Shown: piece after piece, positions 1 to 15,200 of the stretch
How the letters are laid out: each line of letters begins with the position of its first letter
How positions within the stretch are numbered: the first letter of the stretch is position 1
NCBI GenBank assembly: GCA_044892525.1
Contig: CM097888.1
Span: 72,974,001-73,038,000 of the forward strand
Length of the DNA: 64,000 nt
Origin: Schmidtea polychroa
Lineage: Eukaryota
Direction of reading: 5' to 3'
The notes under the pieces: model-generated
The model's database searches: none
What the model saw: the letters and a program-made list of their open reading frames with translations, nothing else
Told to the model about the DNA's origin: nothing
Position numbers and translations under genes: made by a program

Positions 1-292
1 GCGTTATGGATTATATATTAAATCTGTTATAAATTCAGCTATTTTTATTGAGTTTTGAATTTATTTTTAAATACTCGGACTAATATCTTATCCTTTTTAT
101 CCAAAACGTTTGTCTTGATATCATATTATTTGCAGAGAATCCTGTTTTTAAATTATCTAAAAAAAATTTCTCAGCATATATTCTTTTAAAATAAAATACA
201 AATTCCATTTTTCTAAAAATCAATGAAATTCGACATTAGAAATTTATTTAATAGCATCTAGTTTATTTTCTAAAAATTTTCATTCTCTAAAG

Positions 293-3200
293 GTGGAGTC
301 AAATTTTTCTAAAAAAGTCAAAATACCATTCAAATATCACAAGGCAATCATCGGCAGAGAGGGAATAACAATTAGAGAGTTGACAAAAGCTACAAATACA
401 AAATTTCAAATCCCAGCCGCATCGGAAGAGAACGATGAAATTGTCATTACAGGCAAACAGAGAGATGTTGAAGATGCCATCAGAAGAGTGTGTAATATTT
501 ATGAAAAAGAAGTACGTTGTTTTTTCAAAACGTTTAGATTGTTAAAAATTTATTATTGTTTGTTTCAATCGATGGAGTAACTCACATTGATGTATAATTT
601 TTCAGTTAATTTAATATATGTCTATTATATAATAATAATTTTGTCAAACATCTAAAGCGCTTTCGAAAAATCAAAGTTCATTTAAATTTTGATTTTGAAA
701 GTCATTATTTCTAGTATTGTTCATATCCATAAAAGAGAAAATTAACCTAATTGAAACAATGCATTTACTCCAGGACAAATATATTTAACCATTTCGTGAT
801 AACCTCAAGGTTATATATTAACTGCATATTTTTTGACAAATGTAATCTTACCAAATAAACATATATTTTTTAAATGTACTGTTCAAGATTTATAGTTCTG
901 GGAAATTGAGGTGCCAATAGTCTTTCTGGACGAGACATTTTTATAATCTTATTTATTATCTCCTCAGTTCTTAATACAAATAAAAAATCTTTGGGATAAA
1001 AATATCCATGGAGACCCGAAATGGTAGCATTTAATTTTCAATGTAAGATTCATTGTAGTCCACACATTTCCTTCAGCGATACAATAGTTCCAAAATAGCA
1101 TTTTTAAGAAAATTGGGCTTTGATATTTTAAGAAAGGGTCTATGCAGATCGGCAGTATTTTGGTAGATTTTCCTTCGCAAATGTTTCTTTATATACTTGA
1201 ATAGATAGAAGTCTCCGGAATTAAGGTCGAGACTATAGAGAGGGTAATCTTAGAGAACAAATCCATTTTTCTCAATCATTGCCATTGGTTACACACTTTT
1301 GTGGATTGAGGCGTTGCCTTGAAGTAGCCATAGAAGGAGACAACATGGCTTTCGACGATTATGTCTGTATGTGCCTAAGAGGTTGCTGTAGTATGTGGAA
1401 TTAATTCACAGACCTTTTTCAATGAAATCCGTACAGATTATGCCATTTTGATCCCAAAATATTCTCAACGCCAATGATTTTCAATTACATGTTTCAGATC
1501 TTCTTCTTCCCATCGCCAGGACGCCAGAAATATGTAGTCAGTAAGATTACCATACGGTGTACTGTATAGGAATGGGGGCTTAAATGTTTCAGGAGAATCC
1601 GAGCTCCCTAGTATACCAGTGTATAAAAAGACCTGGCGAAACTGAGAGGGGGAAAGTTACTCAAACTTTTGTGCAACAAAATGATGAGTCCTATTTTAAA
1701 TTGAAATGTGATGACATCCTCGGGAATGACAATTTTTAGCGCATTTGACATTGCCTTCACCAGATGACATCAAATTTCTTAATCAACGAAAATTTCCTGT
1801 TCAGCTGATCGTCTGGATATATGCATCAGTGAAAAAGGGGTGAGTGAATCTGTTTTCCTACCTAATCCAAACAGTGTTAACACTGATTTTACCAGGAGCA
1901 AATTACATTCATTCATTAACCATGATCTCCACATTCCATTTGTTCCTAAGGAATCAAACATTCCTCAGTGCCACCCTGTGGAAAATTATTGGTTACTCCT
2001 CAAAGCTCAGGTTTACAAGGACTGCTGGGAGGTACATTCCACCGAGGAATTACAAGACCGTATCCTGCGACGCATCCCAAAAGTGTCTCACGCTGCTGTG
2101 CAGAATGACTGTAAAATTATCCGAAAACGCCTACAGCAATCTGTACAAGTGGTCCTCTATCAGCAATAATTTTTGTCTGACATTTAAAATTATTGCATAT
2201 ACTTCGTTAAACATGTTAACATGTTATTTCATGGATAACTATCTTAATCAACTTTTCCAGGGGATTCATTAATATGTTTTTTAATTTGTCCGGATTTTGA
2301 TGTCGCACCCGCTTTATTTTTACAATTTACTTTTGATAAATCTCTCTAAAGATGTATGAATACATATATAATTTTTATTATTTGTTGCATTTTTTCAAGT
2401 AGTTTCAAATGACAAACGCTTTTATGAAAATCCTTAATATTCTTCGGCCGTCTGTGTTAGTTCAAAGAATTTTTCCGTATCTTCTCCAATATTGAAAATT
2501 TCTGGTGACTTGAAGTTCTGGTGTGGTCGCCACATTAAAATTATTTATATTCTTTATTCATAATACTTATTTTCTAGAAATCACAAGATTTTACAATATT
2601 TGTTATTATTCCAAATATTTGGATAATTCAATAATGTATTCTGAACGATGGCAAAATACTTTTAATATTAAAAATTTAGTATACATTTCTATATTCAATA
2701 TAAATTCATTGTTAGATTCATCCCTGTCATTGAACTAAAAATTATGTTTCTATATTAATATTTGAATTTGTTTATTGTATTTAAACTTTTCATATTTTCC
2801 AAAATCAAATCACTCTTTTTGGATTTTGAAACTAGATCCTCGTGGGCTATAATTTTGAGTTATAATCATACAAATTCAAAACAGAATGGTATATTCTATA
2901 AGAAAAATAGATAGTTCAACGATACTGAATTTTATATTTAATATTACTATAATATGGATCATGAAGGCAATTTTAATAAAATGAGGAAATAATTTATCGT
3001 CGGTTGTTTCAAGGAAAACCTCACCGTGTAGAATAAATTATGTTTAATGAAGAAATACGTTTTATGGTCATGATACATAATAAAATAATTTTATTCTATA
3101 TAGAAGTTTAACAAATAAAATAAATTTAGTTCAAAACAGGAAATTCCTAAATTCGAAGACATTGTTATGGAAAAGGAAGTGGGTAACCTTTTGATAATTT

Positions 3201-6200
3201 TAAAGATTCTACCGAAGTTTTTCTGTTGTGTTCAGAATATTAAACTTTTCCTGTAATTCTAAAAATTTAATTAAATTATGTTATACTCAAAATATTTGTA
3301 GCTTTTATATTGTCACAGTTATCAGTTTATATTATCAAACCAACAATATAGATGTGTTAAGGCGGTGATAAGCTTATTATGTTAGCTTTTTATATATGTC
3401 TTATAAGTGTCTTTTATATGTCTAGTTTCAAAATATCAAAATCATTGAGTACTAAAAAGACTTTCAATTACATAATTTTTAATTATGTTTTTCTTAAAAA
3501 TTAAATATGAAACATTTAATCTTTTCTAAATGTGTTAATATTTTGCATTTGAAGTGTTATACAGTTTTGTGTTAAACCTCTCGCAAATAATTAGTAATAA
3601 AATATTAAATTTTTATTTTTCAATTTTCTTTATTCTTTAGTCAAATATAATCGAAATCGGTATAGAAATATCTAAAAATCTTCACACTATACTAATCGGA
3701 AAAGGTGGCGGTCGAATTAATACTCTTAAAGAATCTTGTGGGGGTAGAGTGACAATAAGATTTCCAAGTCCGGATGCGGATTCCAACACTGTCATTATAA
3801 AAGGAGTTAAAGATGATGTCTTAAAGGCTCAAGTGAAATTACATGATCTAGTTGAAGAAATTACAGCTTCTAATTATGAACAGCATTTCCAAATGACCCC
3901 TGAAGATTATGAATTCTTATTTAGTAAGTCCGACGTATGATCTATTTCAGTACAAATTTCATTTCAAAGCGACTATAATTTTGATATCGTTGATTGACTG
4001 CAATATGTCCTTTATTTTATATTCTATACTTTTAATCTGTTTTCATTTACAATCTCGTTAATCTTCAATATATCTTCAATCGCGGAGGTACAACAATCAA
4101 TAATCGGAGCTGATTTCCTAGCACACTACAACTTAATTGCAGAAACAAAAAATTAAGTGAAAACCTTAAATCATATAACAGTACATTACAGGTACTATCT
4201 GTATTGTGTACTATTTTTTTAGTGCTGCGGTTTTGTTCACGCGTTTAATAGCGGGTACCGTCTAAATTTAATCAAAATTTTAGTAGTTATTTTGAAATAA
4301 AATAACAGTAAGTTACATTCTTGTTGTCGATTACATACTTGATATTATAATATTTATAAAATCCTTTATTTTATGTTCATCTTTGACCTGTTTTAGTTTT
4401 CTTTTAATACTTCATTTAATTTCATTACGAGTATTAATTTACGACTATAGATCAATTTTTGTTTTTGGGACACATTTTTGGCAATGCAGTTTTTCTAAAA
4501 AAGACAATTTCTGGTAATTTGTGTCTTAGAAATCGCGTTTTATTTCACATCATATTAAGATCATCATGTTGTTTATAATTTAAACATAGATAGAAATTAA
4601 TGGGTACTTTTGTGCTTCTGTTAAAATATTAAGAAGATTATGTACATAATCTAAGATATTGTAAATTACTGAATGGTTAAATTACTTAAATATGCAATAA
4701 ACATGAATTTGTCTTTGGTCCTCAGTTATAATCACATGGAAATAATTAACAAATACTATGTTAGTTTACAAGTTTATAAAGTCAATCTCAAACCAAATCT
4801 TTCACATGTTAGCTTACTTTCGGATCTTTTAGAAAATAAATTTACTAATATGCTATTAATTTTTATGGGTTCTAAGACTTTTTAGAAAGGTATATTAAAT
4901 TTTTCTATGAAAACTACTCACGTAATTTGTTAAAGTATTATTTCTTGAAATTATTCCCATATATTTATTTATATACTTCAGTGTCAGCCGACTTGAAGTT
5001 GAAAAAAATACGAGAAACATATTCAGTGAGAATATCGGAGACAGAAGATAAAAGCCATTTGAGAATAATTGGCCAAAAGGAAAATGTAGTGAATACATTG
5101 GAAGCTCTTCAAAAAGCCAAATCTGAAATGGTTTGCAATAATTAAAGAAAATTATGTTTTATCCAACAACAACAATCGTTTAGGGACCAATTGTAACCGA
5201 CACTTTGTCACTATCCTTCAACGACTTGACATATTTTCAAAAGAGCAACGAATTAATTCGAATCGGTCGAGATCACATGTGTAAGTTAAGTGTGCCAAAC
5301 AAAAAATCCAAATCAAACTCTAATGATCAAGGAATGTTAGAGTTTCGAGGACCTATTCAAAATATCAAATCAGCCAAAGACGAAATTATTCATATTATGG
5401 ATGACTACGTTAGTTTATTCCAAATTTATTTTTATCTAGAAATCAGAAATTGCAGTAAAGTTTCTAAAATTCGCCAATTTTTTTTTTTAAAATAGATTGG
5501 TTAATTAATTATTTTTAGAATTATAATATAATATTAATTATATTACGTAATTATATGTACATATTCCAATAAATTAAAAAAAATCAAACTGATGTTTCAC
5601 AATGTTGAAAAAGATATATAAAAATGAAAGTATGTATTTGTAAGTCTGGATATATAAACTTCAAATTATGGGTAAAAGATAGACAACGGTATGGCTGAGT
5701 AGAATAAGGTAAGGTTGGATTGTGATTTTTGTATAGAATTGAAGGAAATAAAGAAANNNNNNNNNNNNNNNNNNNNNNNNNNNNNNNNNNNNNNNNNNNN
5801 NNNNNNNNNNNNNNNNNNNNNNNNNNNNNNNNNNNNNNNNNNNNNNNNNNNNNNNNNNNNNNNNNNNNNNNNNNNNNNNNNNNNNNNNNTGCGAGAATGT
5901 TTCTGAGCCTTACAAAAAACAAAGGAATACATTAATTAAAAAAGTTTGATTCAAAAACATTTAAATTTATAGAAATCTTTAAAAAAGCAAGCGATTGGAA
6001 CTATTGAGTGTGGTTAAAAATAAATACACATTTTGATTTAATTTTTTTGGGAAAAAACAGTAATTATTTATTTGTGTTGTAATTTTAAAATAAACTAGTT
6101 ATGTTTTACTCCTTTCGAATTCGACAAAAAAAATTATCGATAAATAGAAAGAGCATTTTTGCCATGTTAATTACACTTCTTACAAAATATCGGCAAACTT

Positions 6201-9200
6201 ATTTTTATCTCTTTACTTTTCAATTGAACTTTGTATATTTTGTTCATGTCAAATGAGATTTTAATTACCCCTATGAAATTAAAGTGCATCAAAATCTTAA
6301 AATTTTCAAATATTTAATGTTATTTTAATATAATATAATTTTATCGTTTAAATAAAGTACGATTACACAATTTTTTAAAGAATTATAAAAATCGCATGTT
6401 GAAATGTATTTTTTAGATCGAGTTCGGTTGCGAGTTTTTTATATTTTCAACGAATGTTTTTCAACCTTTTAGAACTCGTGAAACGTTTGAAATATTCGTA
6501 TCTCAAGGAATCCACTGCCATTTCATTTTATCATCCGTACTAATTGACTACTTTCTATTTTACAGAATGTATTTTTCAACGATTGTATTGCAAAAGTTAT
6601 TCAGTGATAAAAATCTTAGGGATTATAGAAAATAATAAACACTAAAATGCATATGTAAAATGATGAATCATTAAAAGATTATTATTGAAATTAACAATTT
6701 TTAATTTTATTAACATTAAAAAAGTAATTAATTGGTTGGTTAAAAAATAAATATACCTTTTAATTTATTTTTTTTTACAAAAATTTAGTAATTATTTGTT
6801 TTGTACCGTAATTTTAAAATAAACTAGCTATGTATTACTTCTTTCCAATTGGCCAAAAAAATTAATTTCCAAAGTTGGCAAATCACAGACTTTATTGTAA
6901 AAGGAGATATTGTTATTTTATTTTGAAATATAATAAGAATAACTTGATAAAATTTTTAAAATATATTAATATTTAATTTCAATTAATTCCGAAATAATAG
7001 TCGTTCCCAGGAAGTTTCTCAATATAACATTTAAATGAATTTGTTATAAAACTACATGCAGAACTTAATTATTTATTACCATTGCAAAATTTAGATTTTT
7101 TTGTAATTCCATTATAAAGATGGAAATTACAACTGCCTTAACTATAATCATATGTAAACATTTTCTGTTACTTTCGCTGAACTCATTATGGAGAATTTTG
7201 CTTTCAAAAATTCATTTCATCACAATTTTTGTAAAGTGTTTTCACTAACTTTTTAATGAGGCCTTTTTAAAGATGAAAATATAATTCTGTTTGGTGAAAC
7301 AAATGGAAGATTAGTAACATTCTAAAGGTAAAGTCATCACACTTAGGCCTTACTTTATCTCTGTAGTGGATATGTCATGCTCGTGAATCCCAAAGCATAG
7401 GGAACAACAAACTTACTTTATCTTGCTTGTAGTCTGGTTAGGGTAGTAATGACTTTTTTTGTGGAATAGATATTGAACAGTTGTACATAATGGATTGGAT
7501 CATACATCAAGAAAGTTTGTGGATTCAAATGTTAAAAATGGACCATAAAACTATTACATAATCAATTTCAAGAGTATATAGAAGAAATAAACTCGCATTA
7601 TGGGGACGTTATTTATTTTACTAACGTTTGCTGGCTAAGTAGAGGTAGATGTTTAAGGATATTTTTATATCTAAAAGTATAAAAAATAAAGTTTTAAAGT
7701 ATATCTATTGCGAAACTATTGAATAATAATCGGTGTTCAGATTTATGTTTTCTTGTAGACATGACTGCCCATTTCAATAGCTTGAATTTAAAACTCCAGG
7801 AGAAAATAAGCTAATTGCTGGAAGTTGTATTGAAATTAAGGGTTTTATCGTCAAATTACATCTTTGGGAAAATCAATTGAAGAATAAGGATGTATGTCAC
7901 TTTGCTGAACTAAACAATTTTATTTCATTACAAATGAATCATGTCAAATGTGCTGATTTTTTATAAACATTGGTAGAAGTTTTCGATTCAAGATTCAATG
8001 AAATCACATCATGCGATAATTTCGACAACCTTTCAAGGTTAATCCAAGTTCAGCATCGGCTGCTTTGAGTCGGATGCTAAAATACAGTTTTATGCAAATT
8101 TATTGAAATCAACCGGTATCCAAATATAAGAAAATTCACTGTAAAAATCATAAGTGTCTTCGTAGATGACGTTTACCAAAAACAAATACCGCAAAACTAT
8201 TACCAATAAGAATTAGTGAAATCAGCTAAGAATTCTAACATCAAAAATTGAAATTGATATGGATGATTTATCCAAACAGGCAGAGTATTTGGTATTAAAA
8301 AGCTTGACTATGAAAAAAGATCGATATATTTATTCATATTTTATTCATAGTCAAGCTTTTGAATAAATACAATGTCAATTGAAAAGAAATCAATGGTGAA
8401 ATTTGAAAAATGTTCTTATAATACAAATTTATAAAGAAACGAATTAAATTTTATTTAAAAAACTGTTTTGTGGATTTTTTGCGGCACACAAAATTTTTGA
8501 CGTTTTATTTTTGTCTCTTCATTCGATTTAGGTTGGTCAGGCCTGATTTAAATCCTATGCTGAAAGAAGAAATTCATTATCATTATGTACAATGCATAAA
8601 TCAACATCTATGTCTTCATCGTTTGTGTTTAATTCTTCAAACAAGTAATATGGTTTCTTGGGTACTGGAATTGAATCTGAATGTGGTATTGAATGAGAAT
8701 TAAATATGATATATTTTCAGTGCCATTGCAGTAAGAAAGATTAACTCAGAAAAAAATAGCAATAACTAAAATGATTTTGTGACTCACATCTGATCATAAG
8801 AATATCAAATGGCATCGGCTATTCAGTATATAACTAATTGCTTAGTCGTGTAGAACAACTAGTTCCACAATATGGTGGGGCTTAAGTAGCAGTATATGGC
8901 TTTCGAATATGTTTATTAATTTTACATTATTTTATTTTTTGCAGTATACTCGCCGTTTTATGACAGTCTACAACAAACAAGGTACACAATCGCATTAGGC
9001 GTTTCAATGTAGTTTAATTTAAATTCAAATTTCATTTAATAACTGGGTGGTCCAATGTTGGAATTGTCAAAAGATAAATGGAAAGAAGGGAGGGAGCGAA
9101 AAAAACAAAAATCACTCATTAAAATGATAAAAAGTACTTTTTTGAAAATTCACACGATTCCTACATTTGCTTATTATAATTTGCACAAATGTATTTTAGT

Positions 9201-12200
9201 AAAAAGCGATGATTCTAAAATTTCTTAAAACCATGGAAAATTTTATTATTTATTGTTTTCAATTTTATAAGTTTCGACATTTATGGTTTATGACAAAATG
9301 TGTTTCATTAAAACAAAAATTCGTAAAAAAGTAGGTACTATCGAATGATCTGATTTAGAAAGCTTACATCTCAATACTTTTACATAAATTCCTAAATAAC
9401 TTTGTGTACTAGTAATTAAATATATTTTTATAGTTTCAATTCTATGTCTTCAACTATAAATAATATTATATGCTCAATTAGTTTCGTAATACTGAATACT
9501 AAGCTTTAATATGATGGCTAAAATAATACCTCTACACTGTTAATTTTACATGGTATTATATTTTTATTATTTATAAATTTAAACAAACTCTATTAATTAC
9601 CACAATTAAATGTGTTTAGAACAAAATATATTCTTCGACTTTAAGGCAAGGAAATTATAAGTGAAATTATGTTTATTAGAAAATTCCCAGAATATTTTTT
9701 AAAATTACGCCAACAGAACCGTGGGTTAATTAATATTGTATTTATATTCAGAATTAAATTTGGTTGTATTATCAACGAGCACAAACAATTTAAATTCATT
9801 TTTAATTCGGAGTCATTCATTTTGATGAATTTCTGTATCTGTAATTCTGATGATTATCTTAGTAGAATGTATGTTACTCCAGAAATAATCGTAGACATAA
9901 ATGGCATGTTCTACTAAAATATTTCAACTAAATTCTAATTTAGATAAAATCGTAAATGATCATTTCCACCATTNNNNNNNNNNNNNNNNNNNNNNNNNNN
10001 NNNNNNNNNNNNNNNNNNNNNNNNNNNNNNNNNNNNNNNNNNNNNNNNNNNNNNNNNNNNNNNNNNNNNNNNNNNNNNNNNNNNNNNNNNNNNNNNNNNN
10101 NNNNNNNNNNNNNNNTTATAATTTACTTTATCTGATGTGAAAATCGAATCTGAACCGTGAGAATTTAAAGGGAATAATTGAAATTAATAATAATGTTAAT
10201 TTTGATATTATTCCATTGATATAATTGCCGAGAGCGGATATTGAAAATATGTTATTTATATTTGAAAAGTGCGTCGGTGATGATATTTGTTTTTAATACA
10301 AATTACGCTTATCTCAGTTTGTTGTTAACTTTGACTTGAAAAATATTTCAGTAATCTTTGTAAAATCAACTAATTATCATTTATTGAATATTTCAAGCCT
10401 ATCAGACCAAAACAAATTTATTAGAGCATTTTATTTTATCATTAACATTAATATGAGTGTTTAAGTTTTTGAAAACATTGAAAACAATAGTATATAATAT
10501 AAACAATAGTATTATCATGAAAAGAAGAATAAATCAACGTAAACACTAATTAGCATCTTCGCCAATTTACCATAGTTATTTTTAAAATTTAAATTAAAAT
10601 GGAAGGTGCAAAAACTCCAACAATTCTATTAATGACAATGATTCAATACTTCAATGAACTTTTATATGAAATACGGTAAATAAACTACTTATAGTATATA
10701 ATTTGCTCAGCAATATTGTTGATCAAAATTTAGAGTACTATATCTAATATTTATAGTGTTATTGATTAAATAGTGAAACATGCATGGCAACGATTTAATT
10801 ATAAGAAAGCGCCACTCAAACATTCGTTTTATAATATATTTCGACAGTTTTCCATTCATCATCAGGTAGGATAGAATATATATATAGAAATTCTGAACAA
10901 ATTTATTAATCATCATTTTTTAAATTTTAGCAACTGTAAATTTTTTTTAAAAATATCTCTTTCTGCTGTTCCAGTATTCAAAAGATTAATGAAGATTTAT
11001 AATGTACTTTGAAGAAAGGAACTAGACATTTGTTTTCTTGAGACTTGTCTAGAAGAATAGATGATTCCTTCGTTTATTTTTAAAATGAAACTTAGTGATT
11101 GTCTTTCGAGTAAAGATATTCAAATAATAAATAAAAGAACTTTAAGAAAAATGTTGGAATCAGAGAAAATAAGGAGAACATCCTTGGATAAAAAAAACTA
11201 TTAAATATTGAATTTACTTTGAACGAAATAACAAATGAGTTTTATTTACATCTTTCAAGGCTAAGAGCCTGACCCTAACATTTATACAGTTTAATATTTT
11301 AATTTAAGGAAATACAAATTACACACTTTCAAATGACTTGTTGAGACTTGTTTTATCATGCATTTAGACAGTGTTAGTTCCTTTCATATGCAAAAATTGG
11401 TTTGGTTAAATTTAAAATGTATCAAATATGTCAAATATTTGTTTCTTTATGAATAATTGTTGATTTTGTTGACTGGAACACCTGGATGTAAAATTAACAA
11501 TTTACCACAACTTAATTTTTAATTCTCCAAATAATTATTTCTGATTCATTTTGGTTTATTTTGCTATTTTAATTAAGGAAAATACAATTACAGAGAGTTT
11601 TATTGTTGATGAAAGACAACTAAAAAACATTGAATGGTATTCTCAAACTCAATTGCTGGAAATCAGTCAAAAGTATCAAGTCCATATTCAAATACCATTT
11701 TACCCTGGTAATTTTATTTTGGTTTTGTATTTTTTTAATTATATTTAATGTATAACTTTAATATTTAACTTTCAGAAATCAAACGAGTTTTTAGTTTTGT
11801 ATATTTTAGGTTGTTAAACAACTTTTTTTATACTGATTTTTTAGTTTAAATTAAGGTAGATAGATTTCCAGCTTTGTTTACTTGAGTTTTGACTTTGTTA
11901 ATTTATTATTATTATTAAATTTTCTCTTACTTAAATTTTATTATGTGTATTTTCAGAGCCGGTAAATTCCAAAAGTACTTCCAATTTCCATGTGTCTGCG
12001 AAACATGGAGAAAAGCCTTATATGAATGGTGTCGATAGTTCATTTAGCGAAGAAGGTAATTATTATAATATTTTGATTTTAATGATAATTATAGCGGTTA
12101 CTTTATTTATAAAAATTGAACCTATTATAATAGAATTTAATATAATCAGTTTTTTAGTTATTGAACTTTAATATATAAATAAGGAACACCTTTTTTGAGG

Positions 12201-15200
12201 TTGATGCTAACAGTACTATCAAGTAATTATTCCACCTACCTTGTAAAAATGACAAAAATTTAAACAAAGTAAAATTGCATGTGAAATTCTTATTGAAAAA
12301 TGTATTAAATCAAACATTTTTTATTCTTTTTGTCGATTTAAGTCATTTTTGAAGAATGATTCATATTTCCAGGCAATAAACGTGAAGTAAAACGTGAATA
12401 TACTGTATTGGCCAGCCAGGTCTACCCAAAGATTTCCCAATATGTGCATTTTCTAGAGCAAATTAATATACGTTATTATCCATTCACCTATATACTTATT
12501 GGCTTATCTACCCACCAAGCAATATATAGGTACACTTAATACACCCATTTATGTTGTAGGGTTTTGGTCGTCGCTGCCTGTAAAGTAAGCCTTGCTGGGA
12601 TTGGTTGGGATGGTCGTACAGATGACTGTGACTGTTTGTGTGCAGAAGCGTTTCGTAAATTTGCAGCATGTGTTATTACCATTCACCAAATCTATCCAGT
12701 GTCGACATCTAATGGTGCCAGTGTATGTGATATTCACTATTGAATATCAAACATCACCAAACAAGTGAATTTTTCTCTACACATCCAGATACACTCGTTT
12801 GCAATGAATAAACGAATCTTTAATGTTAAAAAAATCAATAAGTTTATATTATTTAAACACACAAACTTACCTGTGTGTTGATTTTCAGCGTTGCATTTGA
12901 TATACACCTAACCGCGAAATATAACATTATCTAAAAAATCAATAAATATATATTATAGGAACACACAAACTTACCTGTGTGTAGAAATTTAATGCTGCGA
13001 AATTGAACATATTTATTATAGGAATCTAAAAAGTGAGAGAAAATAATTAAGCATACAAACACAGCATACATAATGAAAAATACATACAAAATTAAGTAAA
13101 GTGTTTTTCATGCGAAATATAGATTGATTAACATATAATTAACATATCAATATTTTCAAATTATTTAAAATTATTTAAACGTTATGTACAAAAAAACTTT
13201 TGAATCAGATTCTGACTGCTCTACCTTGAGCTTTAGGGAAAAAGAAGTAAATACATCGTAAGATTTAATTATAAAATAATTTAGAATATAAAATTTCTTT
13301 AGATTTACAGATATTGAAGAAGATCCTTCGACATCTTTGAATTTGCAGGAAAAAAATCGCAAATCGTAAATTTTAATAAATTATTTTAACAAATTAATAT
13401 TTTCATAGAATTACAGAAATAGACAAAATTCGAAAGAAGATTACAAAAACTTAAAAAATATTTTATCCATTCTTTACTAAATGTCTTTAAAAAATAAATG
13501 TTTGGTGATTACTTTACTTATTTATAATTATAAAAATATCTAACTTACATTTTTACGAAATAAATCCAAATAAAATACCATAAAATTCCTAAAAAAACAC
13601 CTGAAATTTATTTATCAATGTTATATATTATCAATATTATAAATGCTTACTAACAGTAATATTTAAGAACTTGAATAATGATCTCATAATTATATAAAAT
13701 CAAAATTCAAGTCCTAAAAATTACTTTAATTCAAAAACTTACCTTTAAACGAATTTTGGAAAATTGAATAAATGAAATTAAGTTAACATTGTCATATAAT
13801 TGGTGACTCACCTCAGGTGGTGTGCACACCAACGTATATTATAGACAATGTTAACTTTCGCGGTTAGGTGTAGAAAGTGAGAAATTGGTAAAAAAATAAC
13901 CTGACACACACGAACACAACACAGCAAAAAATACATGCAAAATTTCGATATGTAAAATCGTTGTAATGAATAATACACAATATTAAATCATTTACAGAAA
14001 TTTTTAGAAAAAAATTTGATGAAAATTCAGAAAACTCAACTTTGGCATAATTTAATAGTTTTTTAATATTTCACATTGCCCTGAAATTTCTTTATCAACT
14101 TTGCTGTTCGATTTTGATGTTTGGTAAAAAACTAAGAAATCGTAAATTTTATTAACCTAAATTTAAAATTTAATATGACGCTTGAAAGGAGATTCGATGT
14201 AGTCAATGAGGCTCTGGAAAGTGAGCTGAAAAAAGATGATTATAAAAATTTAGAAAGCTATTTTAAACACTTCACTGTTTTTACCCTAATTGTTGTAAAA
14301 AATAGATTTCTTTGGAGATTAATTAATTATATTTGTTAATTAATTAATTTAAAAATAATAGAACTCACGTTGTATCGAAATAAATCAATTTTTATTAATA
14401 AACATCTAAAAATCCTGTAAAAATTAATTATAAATAATTTATAATAGAAAATGCTGAGAAAATGTTTAAGAGCTTGAACAGTGATCTCATAACTATTTGG
14501 ATCAAAATTCAAAACTTAAAGTTTACTTTAAATTAAAAAAATCAGTTGAAATAAATAAACTTACAAATTAACTATTTACTAATCGCAAATGATGTGTTAT
14601 CTATAATTAGTTGTACACACCAACCTATATTATAGATGCATTTATTCATTGCAAACGGTTGTAGCAAAAGATACAAACATTTTGCTACATCTTCAACCTC
14701 TAATACTCTCAATACAACTGCATCATCATCAAATATTGTCTAAGCACAACCATCGTCCTCCAATGTTCTCAAATGAAGTTTATGCAACAAAAGTCATGAG
14801 TTTGCAAAACAGATGCAATCCACACCTAAGAATGCAACATACATCTATCCAAAGTCAAAATGAGTTATTACACTGTACCGTGACTGTATATTATGGATCA
14901 TATTTCAAACGAAGTTTTAAGTAAGCCATTTTACTTTATCGTAGTTGCAGATTTGTGTTTGCGTTTGCATATTTGCATCAGATATGTTCCTGATAGGGAT
15001 TTTAAAGAACAGTACATTGGATTTGAGCATCTTTGTCATCTGTCTGTGAAAAGTTTAGCAAGAGCATTGCTGCAGAGGCTAAAAGCATGTTCATTGTATT
15101 TAAAACGATGTATAACTCAGTGCTATGATACAACACCTGTGATGAGCATTGAACAAAATGAATTGCAAGTTCATATTTGAGAAGTAGTTGGAAATACTTG

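Noticed and set aside
9700-10400. Minus-strand decayed frame faintly resembling cadherin repeats (STKIIIRITD, LVDNTTKFNSEYKYNI)
   Set aside because: Canonical DxD/DxNDN/DRE motifs are absent and there are several stops; too weak without an HMM search.
12857-12982. U1 snRNA or spliced-leader RNA gene
   Set aside because: Only the ACTTACCTG nonamer matches; no U1 stem-loops or convincing Sm site follow.
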